Origin: Bacteroidota bacterium
GTDB taxonomy: Bacteria > Bacteroidota > Ignavibacteria > Kapaibacteriales > UBA961
Length of the DNA stretch: 64,000 nucleotides
NCBI GenBank assembly: GCA_009919265.1
Contig: RGCF01000004.1
Location: forward strand, 6,185 to 70,184
Reading direction: 5' to 3'
Shown here in pieces: positions 1 to 10,036 of the stretch. The notes below the pieces were generated by a model, which saw only the letters and a program-made list of their open reading frames with translations, was not told the origin of the DNA and searched no databases. The position numbers and the translations under genes are program-made. Each line of letters begins with the position of its first letter. Position 1 is the stretch's first letter.

Positions 1-1025
1 ACAGAAAACATCTTTGAAGGATTTATTCCGACCAAGTATCGTTGATCAAGTAAAGTGTAATTTGAGTTTAGTAAATTAATATATCCAGGTAATGTATAAT
101 TGCGTGCATTGCAAATATAGACTTGATCATGAACAATTCCGATTCGATACCATTGTTCGTTGGAATTATTGTTATACACTGTATCTATTTTGCTAAAATC
201 GGGCGATAATGCAATAATTTTGGTTCCTTCCAAACAAATCAATCTATTTTGATGGAAAATTGGCTTTCCTATATACTTCCCTTTTATTTGCGCTACATTG
301 TTTGATTGAAGATCAAATAATTGCAAACCTCCAACAGAATCAGGTTCTGTAGTGAGATGAGCATATTGTACAATCGCATGTAAATTTTGATAACAGACAT
401 TCTGTGGATTGATCCCTGTCTTTGTAAAAACATATGTCTTTGAATTCAAATCATAAATTGTAATCGTCGAGGCATTTGTTTCGTTTTTTCGAAAAATACC
501 ATACCCCGAATTACAAATTATTATTTTTCCATCTCCATATGCTATACCATCAGGAGCACAAAGTCCTGGAATCGACAATGAATCCAATATCATTGAGTTG
601 TGATTCAATATATAGACTTTATCAGCATATAAATCTGTTAAGGCTAGAACAGAATCATTAATGACACAAGCTTGCTTGATGAAATGTCCCTCACCTTTCA
701 TCTGAATAGAATGTAGTAGCTTCCCTACTTTATCAATCTTTATTATTTCATTACTTGTAGAGACGATAAGTATAAATATTGAATCATTGACTTTTAACAT
801 ATCATTCGCTGTATCACCCAACCGTCTATTATTGCTACATCTAAATATTTCTTTTGCAATACCATTCCCTATTCCCCATAGAGAAGCATTGTCATATCCA
901 TACATCCCTTCACACAGTACCAAATATTCAATGCCAGGTACTTCAAAACATTCCTCTTGAACAGGTGTAACCTCAGAACAAGAAAAGAAGAATAGTATAG
1001 AGATGAAATATATAATCGTATTCAT
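1..1025 (-). CDS. YncE/BtuG (DUF5074)-like beta-propeller lipoprotein, 3'-truncated by the window edge
   Basis: Not in the ORF track; translated by hand from ATG at 1025: MNTIIYFISILFFFSC (lipobox), LVLCEGMYGYDNASL, LGDTANDM, APDGIAYGDGKIIICNSGYG, TITIYDL, TGINPQ. I found no stop down to about position 360. The motifs resemble BtuG/YncE propellers. Confidence 0.7.
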   Translation of the reverse strand, partial: MNTIIYFISILFFFSCSEVTPVQEECFEVPGIEYLVLCEGMYGYDNASLWGIGNGIAKEIFRCSNNRRLGDTANDMLKVNDSIFILIVSTSNEIIKIDKVGKLLHSIQMKGEGHFIKQACVINDSVLALTDLYADKVYILNHNSMILDSLSIPGLCAPDGIAYGDGKIIICNSGYGIFRKNETNASTITIYDLNSKTYVFTKTGINPQNVCYQNLHAIVQYAHLTTEPDSVGGLQLFDLQSNNVAQIKGKYIGKPIFHQNRLICLEGTKIIALSPDFSKIDTVYNNNSNEQWYRIGIVHDQVYICNARNYTLPGYINLLNSNYTLLDQRYLVGINPSKMFS

Positions 1026-1027
1026 AG

Positions 1028-1059
1028 AAAAAAAAAGGTGCACCAAATGGCACACCTTT
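1028..1059 (-). terminator. Intrinsic terminator of the cox-act operon
   Basis: Minus strand AAAGGTGTGCC-ATTT-GGTGCACC followed by T9; 8-bp stem with two G-U pairs, about 20 nt after the actF stop. Confidence 0.75.
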
Positions 1060-1078
1060 GACCTTGATTTTCGATAAA

Positions 1079-2251
1079 TCAGGAGAAGTAGTCCATTGAT
1101 TCGGAGAGATAAGGATCATTATGAGCCAAACCACTTACTGCATTCATTCGTTTTGCGGTAAAGAATAATAAGAGCCCCATAAAGAATAAAACACATCCTG
1201 CCGCTGCAACGAGAGCCATAATATCAAAATGATGAATGCCATGATGTCTGAAGCCAGGTATGATAATCCAAGACAAATCAATAAAATGAGCAAAGAGCAA
1301 AATAAATGCAGCTAACTTCAAAACAAATTGATTGCGTTTTACATCTTGACGAAGAAGTAATGCAAATGGAACGATAAAGTGCAGGACAAGTGAACTCCAT
1401 CCTAAAAGTTGCCAACCGTCTTTTGTCCTATCGATATAATAGAATGTTTCTTCAGGTAGATTACTATACCATATCAAAAAATACTGAGAGAAATGGATAT
1501 AAGTCCAAAAGATGGTAAATGCAAACATCAATTTACCTAAATCATGCATATGTTCTTTTGAAATATAACCCTTCAATTCACCGGTATTCATTACAGACAT
1601 GACAAGCAATGCAAGCACTGACAGTGTTGAAACAAAATTTCCTGCAAAGTAATAGACACCAAATATAGTACTAAACCAATGTGGTTCAAGTGCCATCATT
1701 AAGTCAAAAGCTGCAAATGTAATGGTTAATGCATATCCCAATACGAATGGTGCACTACGCTTATAGTTCTTGACTGTAGGGGTATAGTCCCCTTCCAAGG
1801 AATCTTGTTTAATTGAATTTCCTACGATATATCTGTGCATCCAAAACCAAAAGAGGCAATAACCGATAATTCTTACAATGAAGAACGGGGTATTTGTATA
1901 TGGTGCTTTCGATGGAATATCTTCAATACCATGAAAAAAACTATTTCTAAAAATGAGAATTGGAAGCAAAATGAGTAATGCAAATTGTGCAAACCAACCC
2001 ATCATTTCTGGTATACGGCGTAATGAAGCACTCCAACCTGCGCGGACCAAAAATTGCAATGCTGAAAAGAATAATGCTGTAACGCTAATGCCAACTACAT
2101 ACATAGCTCCTACGAGATATGCAGGTAGCATTGCAGCTTGATTGAGTGCAATACCAGCAATTGCAAGAATAAGGCCGGCACCGATGCAAATCATTGCCGT
2201 TTTATTGACATTACCTTGAAAAGCACTACCACTTAGATTGACGGGGTTCAT
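1079..2251 (-). CDS. actF: Alternative complex III membrane subunit ActF
   Basis: About 10 TM helices; motifs AGWSASLRRIPE, LEPHWFSTIFG, HMHDLGKLMFAF, YFLIWYSNLPEE; last gene of the actABCDE run. Confidence 0.88.
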   Translation of the reverse strand: MNPVNLSGSAFQGNVNKTAMICIGAGLILAIAGIALNQAAMLPAYLVGAMYVVGISVTALFFSALQFLVRAGWSASLRRIPEMMGWFAQFALLILLPILIFRNSFFHGIEDIPSKAPYTNTPFFIVRIIGYCLFWFWMHRYIVGNSIKQDSLEGDYTPTVKNYKRSAPFVLGYALTITFAAFDLMMALEPHWFSTIFGVYYFAGNFVSTLSVLALLVMSVMNTGELKGYISKEHMHDLGKLMFAFTIFWTYIHFSQYFLIWYSNLPEETFYYIDRTKDGWQLLGWSSLVLHFIVPFALLLRQDVKRNQFVLKLAAFILLFAHFIDLSWIIIPGFRHHGIHHFDIMALVAAAGCVLFFMGLLLFFTAKRMNAVSGLAHNDPYLSESMDYFS

Positions 2252-2292
2252 AATTCCTCTATGGGCTTATAAGTCTTCGAAAGTTCTTTTGA

Positions 2293-2910
2293 TTATTTCA
2301 CTACACCGAGTTTTTGCATTTCTCTGACATAATGAACTATGCTCCAACGATCATTTGGTTTTATTTTATCAGCATAACCGTTCATGACATTCTGACCTGC
2401 AGAGATGATATGAAACAAATGCGCGTCAGATTTAGCTTTAGTAACTGCATCACGGAGATTAGGAGGATTCTGAAATCCTCTTTTCACCACAGTACCATTG
2501 CCTTGGCCATCATAATTATGGCAAGGAGTACAAAACGCTTCAAAACGGTTTTTCCCTCTTGATAATATATACTGTCTTTGCTCAGGACTTGATATATCAA
2601 GTGGATTAGTACCATTGACTGAATCTGCTTTTTGAAAATCTGGTTTATCTAATGGATAAGAAGTACCTTCCATAGGAACAGTATTTGGAATGGGATCTCG
2701 ACCACTTTTACGGTCTACATAAAAAGATGAACCTACTTGTGGTTTTACTTTGAATTGATCATCCATATCTTTTATGACCATGATTGGAGGATCTTCTGAA
2801 AACCAAGTGATTGAACCACTGAGCACGCCAATGACAAATGCAACTGCGGCTAATCCAATTACAACTTTTAGATAGAATCCAAAACCTTTGGTATTTGTTT
2901 GTTGTTCCAT
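2293..2910 (-). CDS. actE: Alternative complex III monoheme cytochrome c ActE
   Basis: DMDDQ-K-KPQ, single CTPCH, HIISAGQNVM, DRWSIVHYVR; lies between actD and actF. Confidence 0.85.
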   Translation of the reverse strand: MEQQTNTKGFGFYLKVVIGLAAVAFVIGVLSGSITWFSEDPPIMVIKDMDDQFKVKPQVGSSFYVDRKSGRDPIPNTVPMEGTSYPLDKPDFQKADSVNGTNPLDISSPEQRQYILSRGKNRFEAFCTPCHNYDGQGNGTVVKRGFQNPPNLRDAVTKAKSDAHLFHIISAGQNVMNGYADKIKPNDRWSIVHYVREMQKLGVVK

Positions 2911-2925
2911 TGTTGGCAGATCCTC

Positions 2926-3462
2926 TTAAGCTTCAATGCGACGCACATTAGCGGCGCCGATTTCATTCATAAATTTTTCAGTGGTTTCAAGTGAAAATCG
3001 ATTGTCAGATGAAAAGATGCTCAATACAAATGTATCATCAACAGCTCTTTTAAATCCTTCATCATCTTGTAGATCAGAATACCATTTTGGTAGACCGCAC
3101 AAAAACCACAATCCAAAGAATGTTGACAATGCAGTAAGTAATACTGTCAACTCAAACATAACAGGAATACTAAATTGAAATGCGAATAATGGTTTACCAC
3201 CAATATTCAATTTATAATCAACTGATCCAGTCCACCAAATCAGGAAGATTGCATTTGCCAAGCCAAATATTCCACCTGCAAAGGATACATATGGGAGTAT
3301 GGTTCTCTTAATTCCCATCGCTTTATCCAATCCATGTACAGGATAAGGGGTATAAATGTCAAAGTCTGTATATCCACTTTGATGAACTTTTGATGCAGCA
3401 TCCATGATCTTGTTTGGGTCGGTAAAGTTACCGAGTACTGCTACGATTTTCTTTTCACTCAT
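2926..3462 (-). CDS. actD: Alternative complex III subunit ActD (DUF3341)
   Basis: YTPYPVHGLDKAMG, IGGKP, PVMFELTVL; two TM helices. Confidence 0.9.
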   Translation of the reverse strand: MSEKKIVAVLGNFTDPNKIMDAASKVHQSGYTDFDIYTPYPVHGLDKAMGIKRTILPYVSFAGGIFGLANAIFLIWWTGSVDYKLNIGGKPLFAFQFSIPVMFELTVLLTALSTFFGLWFLCGLPKWYSDLQDDEGFKRAVDDTFVLSIFSSDNRFSLETTEKFMNEIGAANVRRIEA

Positions 3463-3494
3463 TGTATGATCTCTAACGTTCTGATTGACTAAGA

Positions 3495-4949
3495 TTAATG
3501 ATGCTCATCACCATGATGAGATGGTTGTGAGCCTGGCATGACGCCTTTGATCTCTGAAATTGCAATAACCGGCAAATATTTAGAGAACAATAAGAACAGT
3601 GTTAAGAATAAACCAATTGTTCCTACAAAGATCCCGATCTCAACTATTGTTGGCGTGTAATAACTCCAACTTGAAGGAAGGAAGTCATGATGCAAAGAAG
3701 TTGAGATAATTGTAAATCGCTCGAACCACATTCCAATATTTACAAATATTGAGATGATGAACATCAATGGAATATTTCTTCTAGCTTTTTTGAACCAATA
3801 GACTTGGGGAGATAAAACATTGCATGAAACCATTGACCAATATGCCCACCAGTATTCACCAAATGCTCTATTGATAAATACAGTACGCTCATATTCACTT
3901 CCGGAATACCACGCGATGAAAAATTCCATCGAATAAGCATATCCAACCATCATTCCTGTAGCAAGGATGATTTTATTCATGTTTTCAAGATGCTTGAGCG
4001 TAATAAATTCTTTCAATCCTAAAATTTCTCTTGCAATGACTAAGAGTGTCATAACCATTGCAAATCCGGAAAAGATAGCACCAGCAACGAAATATGGAGG
4101 GAAAATTGTTGTATGCCATCCTGGCAATACAGAAGTTGCAAAGTCCATGGAAACAATGGTGTGCACAGACAAAACGAGTGGAGTCGATAAACCAGCCAAA
4201 ATCATATATGCAATTTCATAGTGATGCCAGTTACGCATTGAACCGGTCCATCCCAAACTGAAAAATGTATACATCCTTTTTGCTATCTTCCCTTTTACGA
4301 AATTTCTTACGGTAGCAAGATCGGGCACCAAACCCATGAACCAAAATAATGCAGAAACTGTCAAATATGTAGAAACAGCAAATACATCCCATACAAGAGG
4401 CGAACGGAAGTTAACCCACATTTGCATTTGATTTGGATATGGTGTTAACCAATAAGCAAGCCATGGACGACCAGTATGAATAACGGGGAAAATACCGGCA
4501 CATAATACTGCGAAGATTGTCATAGCTTCTGCAGATCTATTAATTGCAGTACGCCATTTTTGACGGAACAAATAAAGAATCGCTGAAATCAATGTACCTG
4601 CATGACCAATACCAATCCAAAAAACGAAATTGGTGATGTCCCATGCCCAACCAATAGTATTGTTTGAGCCCCATACGCCAATACCAGTCAAGACTGTCTC
4701 CCCTATCGCACCAAATCCTGCTCCAGCAATGGAAGCACAAAGCAATACTGCTAACCAATACTTGAGATTTGGTTTACCTTCGATAATGCCCGCAATTTTT
4801 GCAGTTACATCATGAAGAGTGGGGTTTCCAAGAATGAGCGGTTCACGCATTGGTTCTTCAATGGGATACGGATTGCCTTGATAAGCTGTAGCATCAAGAT
4901 GCTCAACAACATTTCTTGGGGCCGTCTTTGTGACAGTTTCAACCGACAT
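3495..4949 (-). CDS. actC: Alternative complex III quinol-binding subunit ActC (NrfD/PsrC family)
   Basis: [72 protein letters not shown]. Confidence 0.93.
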   Translation of the reverse strand: MSVETVTKTAPRNVVEHLDATAYQGNPYPIEEPMREPLILGNPTLHDVTAKIAGIIEGKPNLKYWLAVLLCASIAGAGFGAIGETVLTGIGVWGSNNTIGWAWDITNFVFWIGIGHAGTLISAILYLFRQKWRTAINRSAEAMTIFAVLCAGIFPVIHTGRPWLAYWLTPYPNQMQMWVNFRSPLVWDVFAVSTYLTVSALFWFMGLVPDLATVRNFVKGKIAKRMYTFFSLGWTGSMRNWHHYEIAYMILAGLSTPLVLSVHTIVSMDFATSVLPGWHTTIFPPYFVAGAIFSGFAMVMTLLVIAREILGLKEFITLKHLENMNKIILATGMMVGYAYSMEFFIAWYSGSEYERTVFINRAFGEYWWAYWSMVSCNVLSPQVYWFKKARRNIPLMFIISIFVNIGMWFERFTIISTSLHHDFLPSSWSYYTPTIVEIGIFVGTIGLFLTLFLLFSKYLPVIAISEIKGVMPGSQPSHHGDEHH

Positions 4950-4976
4950 ACTGATTTTCCTGCTTTATAATATCTT

Positions 4977-7900
4977 TTATACTTTCGGTAATTGTTCTGT
5001 ATTGCGCACTTTCACGAGATATGTAATTGAAGGACGTACATTGAGTTCACTGAGAACTTTATATGCACCATTCTTTTCTTTATACTCTTGTGAATGATTA
5101 CCACGATTTGCATTAGCTACTTTTGACACTGCGCTATTTGGATCATTTGCATTGCCAAAATATATTGCACCAGCTGGGCATGCCTGTTGACATGCAGTGA
5201 TAACATCACCGTCATGTACTCTTGAATGTCCTTGGTCTTTTGCATGCATTTTGGCTTCATTCAGTCTTTGTACACAGAATGTACATTTCTCCATCACTCC
5301 ACGCATACGGACAGAAACATCTGGATTAAATGCCATATCTAGTGGTGTCTTTTTATCTTTATGCCAATTAAGGAAGTTGAAGCGACGAACTTTGTATGGG
5401 CAATTGTTCAAACAATATCTCGTACCCACACAGCGATTATATGTCATTTCATTAAGTCCTTCAGGACTATGTGTAGTTGCTGCAACAGGACATACATTTT
5501 CACAAGGTGCATTTTCGCAATGTTGACATAGCATTGGTTGGAATACTGTTGTCACATTACCCGAAGCATCTTCACGATAATATCTATCAATTCTAATCCA
5601 ATGCATTTCACGACTATTGGCAACATATTTTTTACCAACAGTTGGGATATTATTTTCTGCCTGACATGCAACAACACATGCACTACAACCCGTGCAAGCA
5701 CTTAGGTCTATTGCCATTGCCCAACGATGTCCGCTATATTGGAAACCGTCAACAATGCTCAACGTATCAGCAATGTGATGTCCATCATGACCATGCTCTT
5801 CATGTGCCGCACTTTTTGCTGCTGCTAATGATGCAAGAGTGATGTATCCTTCTTGGACACCTAGGATATCTTTTGTTCTTTCTTTCCATTCATTGTCAAA
5901 TGGACTTGGCTTATCATAACGCTCAATGGCATGATGTCCTTGTGTTGTCGCTATCTTTTCAGTTCTGCCAACTTTTTCTGCTTTTACAGGAACATAGTAT
6001 CCTGCACCAGATGAAAGAATCGAATAAACATTTGCACCAACACCAGAAAGTACTTTGCCACCTGCAGTTCTTCCATAACCAAGGGATACAGCAATGACAT
6101 CTTTACTCATACCGGGTTGAATAAAGACTGGTAATTCTATGCTTCCACCTGTTGTAGATAATCGAATAACTTCACCTTGAACAGCGCCCAATGATTCAGC
6201 TGTTTGCTTATTCATCATTGCAACATTACCCCAAGTAGCTTTCGTTATTGGATCTGGTAATTCTTGCAACCATGAATTATTTGCCTGTGAACCATCAAGC
6301 ATTGTATATGATGGTGAAATTGAAAGAGTAAGACCAGCAGGAACAGAATAACTCTGCATTGCTCCCAAGCCAGAAGCTGATCCAATTTCATTAGAGATTA
6401 CTTTTTGCGAGACACCATCACGCAATAACTGTTCCCATGCATTCTTTGATGCAAAATCAGATTGGCTTTTGCGAATAAAATCATAGAATGTTGGAGTATC
6501 TGCAAAACTTGATGCATTGATATAATTCGCAACAAGAATGATGAAGTCTTGCGAAGAAATAGCACTTTGATTTAGTGGTGCAATGATTGGTTGTTGGATG
6601 GAATACCCTCCATCAAAATTTAATGCATCGCCCCAAGATTCTAAATAGTGCGTTGTAGGAACTGAAACAGAGCAGAGTGTTTGAGCTGTTTCATGATCAG
6701 CTACGGAAAGAGCCGCTGAAAAATCAACTTGTTCTGATAGTAATTTTTTCAATTCAGAATCTGCACAATATTCAGGATTGGTATCTACATAAACAATTGA
6801 ACCAATTTCCTTATTCTTCAAAGATGCTCTAAATGCAGAAAGTGAGGCTGAAACATCACTACTATTGTAAAGTCTGTGATTGAGATTAATTGGTTTCCCT
6901 TCACCAACTGAACCAAGTGCTTGATTAATCATTTGTCCATAAGCATTTGCTTTTTGGCTTAAATGAGAACCTATCATAACGATACCATTTTTGGAATCAA
7001 GCAAAGCTTTAGCAGTTTTTGTCACAGCTTCATTTGAAATAGGTGTCAAACCAGAAGGAAGCGAAATACCCTTAGCTGTATATACTTGTGCAAGAATTCC
7101 AGCGATAACAGATTCATGTTCAGAAGGTTGTATAGCGAATCTATGATCAGCATTTGCACCTGTAAGACTAAATCCAGCTTCGATAGATATCAAAGCATTC
7201 ATGGTTGGTTGTTCGGTAGTTGGCTTACGATTGGCTGAGAATCCAGCAGTATGATATACTGAATGTTTATCGGTACCTAAGAAATCATGATCGATAGAAA
7301 CAATGGTATCAGCCTTTGACAAATCTGGAACAAGTTCTGCATTAACACCAAACACAGCTTCATTTGCAAGAGCAGCATTTGAAAGTAATGTTGGGAATGT
7401 AATGACAGAAATTCCAGAAATGACAGATGTAAGTTGATTGCATAATGCTACATATGCTGGTGAACAATGTTCATCAATAAGAAACACTGCTTTTTTACCA
7501 GCTGCAATTGATGTTTTAATTGATTGAGCAATTGTATTTGCAGCATTATTGATACTGGAATCACCACCATTTACTCTTGGTCGACGAATTCTATCTGGAT
7601 CATAAAGTGAAAGCAATGTCCCTTGTACAAATGCAGAACTTCTTCCAAGAGATGCACCATGTTTTGGGTTACCATCAATCTTGATTGGTCTTCCTTCTCT
7701 CGTTTTGATAACCAAGCCAATGGCTGCATTTTTATGCTGATATACCGATGTATAATAATTCGGTAAACCGGGGATCAAATATTCAGTAGGATTGGTTGAT
7801 GCAACCAATTTATGTTCGGGCCTACGGCAACTTGCTGCTGCCATAGCCATCGAAGCCGAGAGAACCGTCATGAATGTACGGCGATTTACTCCGGCATCTA

Positions 7901-8009
7901 GTAGTGTAGATTCCGAATCACCTTGGAATTCCTGACCATTCATATCTACTGTTGGATTGTCTATTTCACCATAGTGGCGAAAGTACTGTGAATCGTCTCG
8001 GTTTGACAT
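4977..8009 (-). CDS. actB: Alternative complex III subunit ActB (Mo-oxidoreductase-like domain plus Fe-S domain)
   Basis: Tat-lipoprotein signal NRRTFM...AAASC; REGRPIKIDGN; Fe-S motifs CTGCSACVVAC, CQHCENAPCENVCP, CVGTRYCLNNCPY, CTFC and CQQACP. Confidence 0.93.
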   Translation of the reverse strand: MSNRDDSQYFRHYGEIDNPTVDMNGQEFQGDSESTLLDAGVNRRTFMTVLSASMAMAAASCRRPEHKLVASTNPTEYLIPGLPNYYTSVYQHKNAAIGLVIKTREGRPIKIDGNPKHGASLGRSSAFVQGTLLSLYDPDRIRRPRVNGGDSSINNAANTIAQSIKTSIAAGKKAVFLIDEHCSPAYVALCNQLTSVISGISVITFPTLLSNAALANEAVFGVNAELVPDLSKADTIVSIDHDFLGTDKHSVYHTAGFSANRKPTTEQPTMNALISIEAGFSLTGANADHRFAIQPSEHESVIAGILAQVYTAKGISLPSGLTPISNEAVTKTAKALLDSKNGIVMIGSHLSQKANAYGQMINQALGSVGEGKPINLNHRLYNSSDVSASLSAFRASLKNKEIGSIVYVDTNPEYCADSELKKLLSEQVDFSAALSVADHETAQTLCSVSVPTTHYLESWGDALNFDGGYSIQQPIIAPLNQSAISSQDFIILVANYINASSFADTPTFYDFIRKSQSDFASKNAWEQLLRDGVSQKVISNEIGSASGLGAMQSYSVPAGLTLSISPSYTMLDGSQANNSWLQELPDPITKATWGNVAMMNKQTAESLGAVQGEVIRLSTTGGSIELPVFIQPGMSKDVIAVSLGYGRTAGGKVLSGVGANVYSILSSGAGYYVPVKAEKVGRTEKIATTQGHHAIERYDKPSPFDNEWKERTKDILGVQEGYITLASLAAAKSAAHEEHGHDGHHIADTLSIVDGFQYSGHRWAMAIDLSACTGCSACVVACQAENNIPTVGKKYVANSREMHWIRIDRYYREDASGNVTTVFQPMLCQHCENAPCENVCPVAATTHSPEGLNEMTYNRCVGTRYCLNNCPYKVRRFNFLNWHKDKKTPLDMAFNPDVSVRMRGVMEKCTFCVQRLNEAKMHAKDQGHSRVHDGDVITACQQACPAGAIYFGNANDPNSAVSKVANANRGNHSQEYKEKNGAYKVLSELNVRPSITYLVKVRNTEQLPKV

Positions 8010-8050
8010 TGCTAATTGCTTCTATTATTGATTGTGTAATTCGTAAAGTA

Positions 8051-8872
8051 TCAATGATGACATGAGGAACAATTCTCAGGTCCATATTGTGCATGCTTTG
8101 GAGCCAACATACCGGCAACCATAGGTTTCGGTAAATCAGCAGTTTCAACCATACCATAGTGTGGTGAAACTATTTCACGCATCTTCGCTAATGTTGCTTT
8201 CGCATTTGGATCATATGAGTTAGCCTTCACACCAATAAATTTATCGATGGAAGACCTATTCTCATAATCATAACTGTAAATACCGGAAATGGGTCGTGCA
8301 GGTACAATGAACTTTTCAGGATTTCTATGACAATCCAAACACCAACCCATTGATAATGGTTTGTATTGAGATATTACACCCATAGTTTCAACTGGACCAT
8401 GACATGATTTACAATCAATCTGCGCACGGATATGTCTGCTATGATTGAAATGGACATAGTCAGGCACTTTATGAATGCGTACCCATTCGATAGGTTGATT
8501 CTTCTCATATGCTGTTCGAATCAATTCCAAGGGACCGGGATTTCCTCGCTCATTTTCTAGTTGCATCGGCAAGACATGACAATTCATACATGTACTTGTT
8601 GTGGGAACAGGAGAATGGGCAGATACCTCGGCCTGTGCATGACAATACATACACTTAATGCCAAGGCCCTTCATTTCAACTCCATTGTGAGATATGTTTT
8701 CCTCACTAGCATGAAGTTTATGGGAGAAAGGGATGGGCTGTACAGGACGATAACCTACATCGGTCACTTTATTGTTTTGCCCAAAAATGACAATCAAAGC
8801 AAGTGTAAGGACAGTGCCAAGCACTCCAATTGCAATTCCTTTGATTTTTTTGTCTGTAGCTTTGTTGAACAT
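8051..8872 (-). CDS. actA: Alternative complex III pentaheme cytochrome c ActA
   Basis: N-terminal TM; QPIPFSHKLH; five CxxCH motifs (CMYCH, CMNCH, CKSCH, CLDCH, CSSCH); PDYVHFNHSRH. Confidence 0.92.
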   Translation of the reverse strand: MFNKATDKKIKGIAIGVLGTVLTLALIVIFGQNNKVTDVGYRPVQPIPFSHKLHASEENISHNGVEMKGLGIKCMYCHAQAEVSAHSPVPTTSTCMNCHVLPMQLENERGNPGPLELIRTAYEKNQPIEWVRIHKVPDYVHFNHSRHIRAQIDCKSCHGPVETMGVISQYKPLSMGWCLDCHRNPEKFIVPARPISGIYSYDYENRSSIDKFIGVKANSYDPNAKATLAKMREIVSPHYGMVETADLPKPMVAGMLAPKHAQYGPENCSSCHH

Positions 8873-8899
8873 TGAAAAAACTCACAAAGAGAGATATAT

Positions 8900-9130
8900 T
8901 CACAAATCAGTGTTTCTATTTTTTTTTGCTGAATAAGCTATTCGAAGCGTAATAACAGCAACTGTTGCTAATGGCATCAGGAGCATAAACAATACACTCC
9001 ATGAATAACTTTCGCCAATACTTGCACCGGTAGAACCGGGGGTATACGCATCTTTGCAATTGGGACATGCTAATAATTGTCCTGCCATAGTCATTGCAAA
9101 GGTTAGTGTCAATAATGCAGCTTTTCTCAT
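8900..9130 (-). CDS. Small exported membrane protein with CxxC (CPNC), unknown function
   Basis: Signal peptide ending LLA, then CPNC, then a C-terminal TM helix and basic tail; 4-nt ATGA overlap with the SCO gene. Confidence 0.75.
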   Translation of the reverse strand: MRKAALLTLTFAMTMAGQLLACPNCKDAYTPGSTGASIGESYSWSVLFMLLMPLATVAVITLRIAYSAKKNRNTDL

Positions 9131-9717
9131 TGTACCTTTTTCAAGATTGATTGTAATGAATCAATTTGTTTACGATCAAGTGCATCAAAGTATCCTCTGA
9201 TGCGTGATAATGAATCAACTAAAATCAGTCGAGCTGTATGATTTTGTGGATTCTCTGCATAACCTATCAACATACCATTCATGAATTGTTCAAGAATGGT
9301 GTCATTGTGCATTCGAACAAATAACCATCGTTTATCTGTAAATCCCATTAATTGCCTATGATTTCTCATAGTCGAGGGAACATCCGTATTAGGATCAACT
9401 GTTACAGAAACAAATCTCAGTTTATCGCTGCCATTCTTTTTCACTATCGCATGTTTGACTGCATTAAGTTTGGGGCATATATCCCCACATGAAGAAAAAA
9501 AGAAACTGACTAGACAAATCTTATTCTTCAGCATTGCAGCATTCACAATAGAATCCATATCAGAGGTCGCTGAAAATTCAGGAAGTTTCCCGTATATGGT
9601 TAGTGATGCGAAAGGATCACTTGATTGCTTCTGCGTTTTGTTCGATTGTACACAAGAGATGAGAAAGAACGAAGTCAACAAAATCATTAAGCAAGATCTT
9701 GTTTCAGATGTAAACAT
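9127..9717 (-). CDS. SCO1/SenC copper chaperone (lipoprotein)
   Basis: FFFSSCGDICP (CxxxC), SVTVDP..D, conserved His (NHT), RIRGYFD; LISC lipobox. Confidence 0.9.
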   Translation of the reverse strand: MFTSETRSCLMILLTSFFLISCVQSNKTQKQSSDPFASLTIYGKLPEFSATSDMDSIVNAAMLKNKICLVSFFFSSCGDICPKLNAVKHAIVKKNGSDKLRFVSVTVDPNTDVPSTMRNHRQLMGFTDKRWLFVRMHNDTILEQFMNGMLIGYAENPQNHTARLILVDSLSRIRGYFDALDRKQIDSLQSILKKVQ

Positions 9718-9718
9718 C

Positions 9719-10024
9719 TTATGGTCCTAAAACATTAAGAGCAAATGTCAAGACGAAAAACAAAAAGATCGGTACAAAGACAAATGCTCGTATGAATTTA
9801 TTGTCAAACTTTAAATGCATAAAGATGTAAAACACCATGAATGCTTTCACAACTGCAATCAATAAACCAATTGCAATATGCAATGTATTGCCAGCCTCTC
9901 CCCAACTTTTGGGAACCCAATCTAATGCGGCAACCCATGTGAGGACTGTCAAAACAAATAAGGCTGTCGCAACTCTGATATAAGAACCAAACATTGCATT
10001 CGAATCAGGATGATGTTCACTCAT
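9719..10024 (-). CDS. ctaF: Cytochrome c oxidase subunit IV
   Basis: Three TMs; KAFMVFYIFMHLKFD motif. Confidence 0.85.
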   Translation of the reverse strand: MSEHHPDSNAMFGSYIRVATALFVLTVLTWVAALDWVPKSWGEAGNTLHIAIGLLIAVVKAFMVFYIFMHLKFDNKFIRAFVFVPIFLFFVLTFALNVLGP

Positions 10025-10036
10025 ACCTAGGGCTCC

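Noticed and set aside
1026-1078. Cobalamin riboswitch upstream of the BtuG-like gene (also looked before the mutase at 51585-51660)
   Set aside because: The gaps are only 53 and 76 nt and lack B12-box motifs.
3495-8009. Polysulfide/nitrite reductase or molybdoenzyme interpretation of actC/actB
   Set aside because: The full actABCDEF context and linked O2 reductase identify ACIII, whose ActB is known to lack Mo cofactor.
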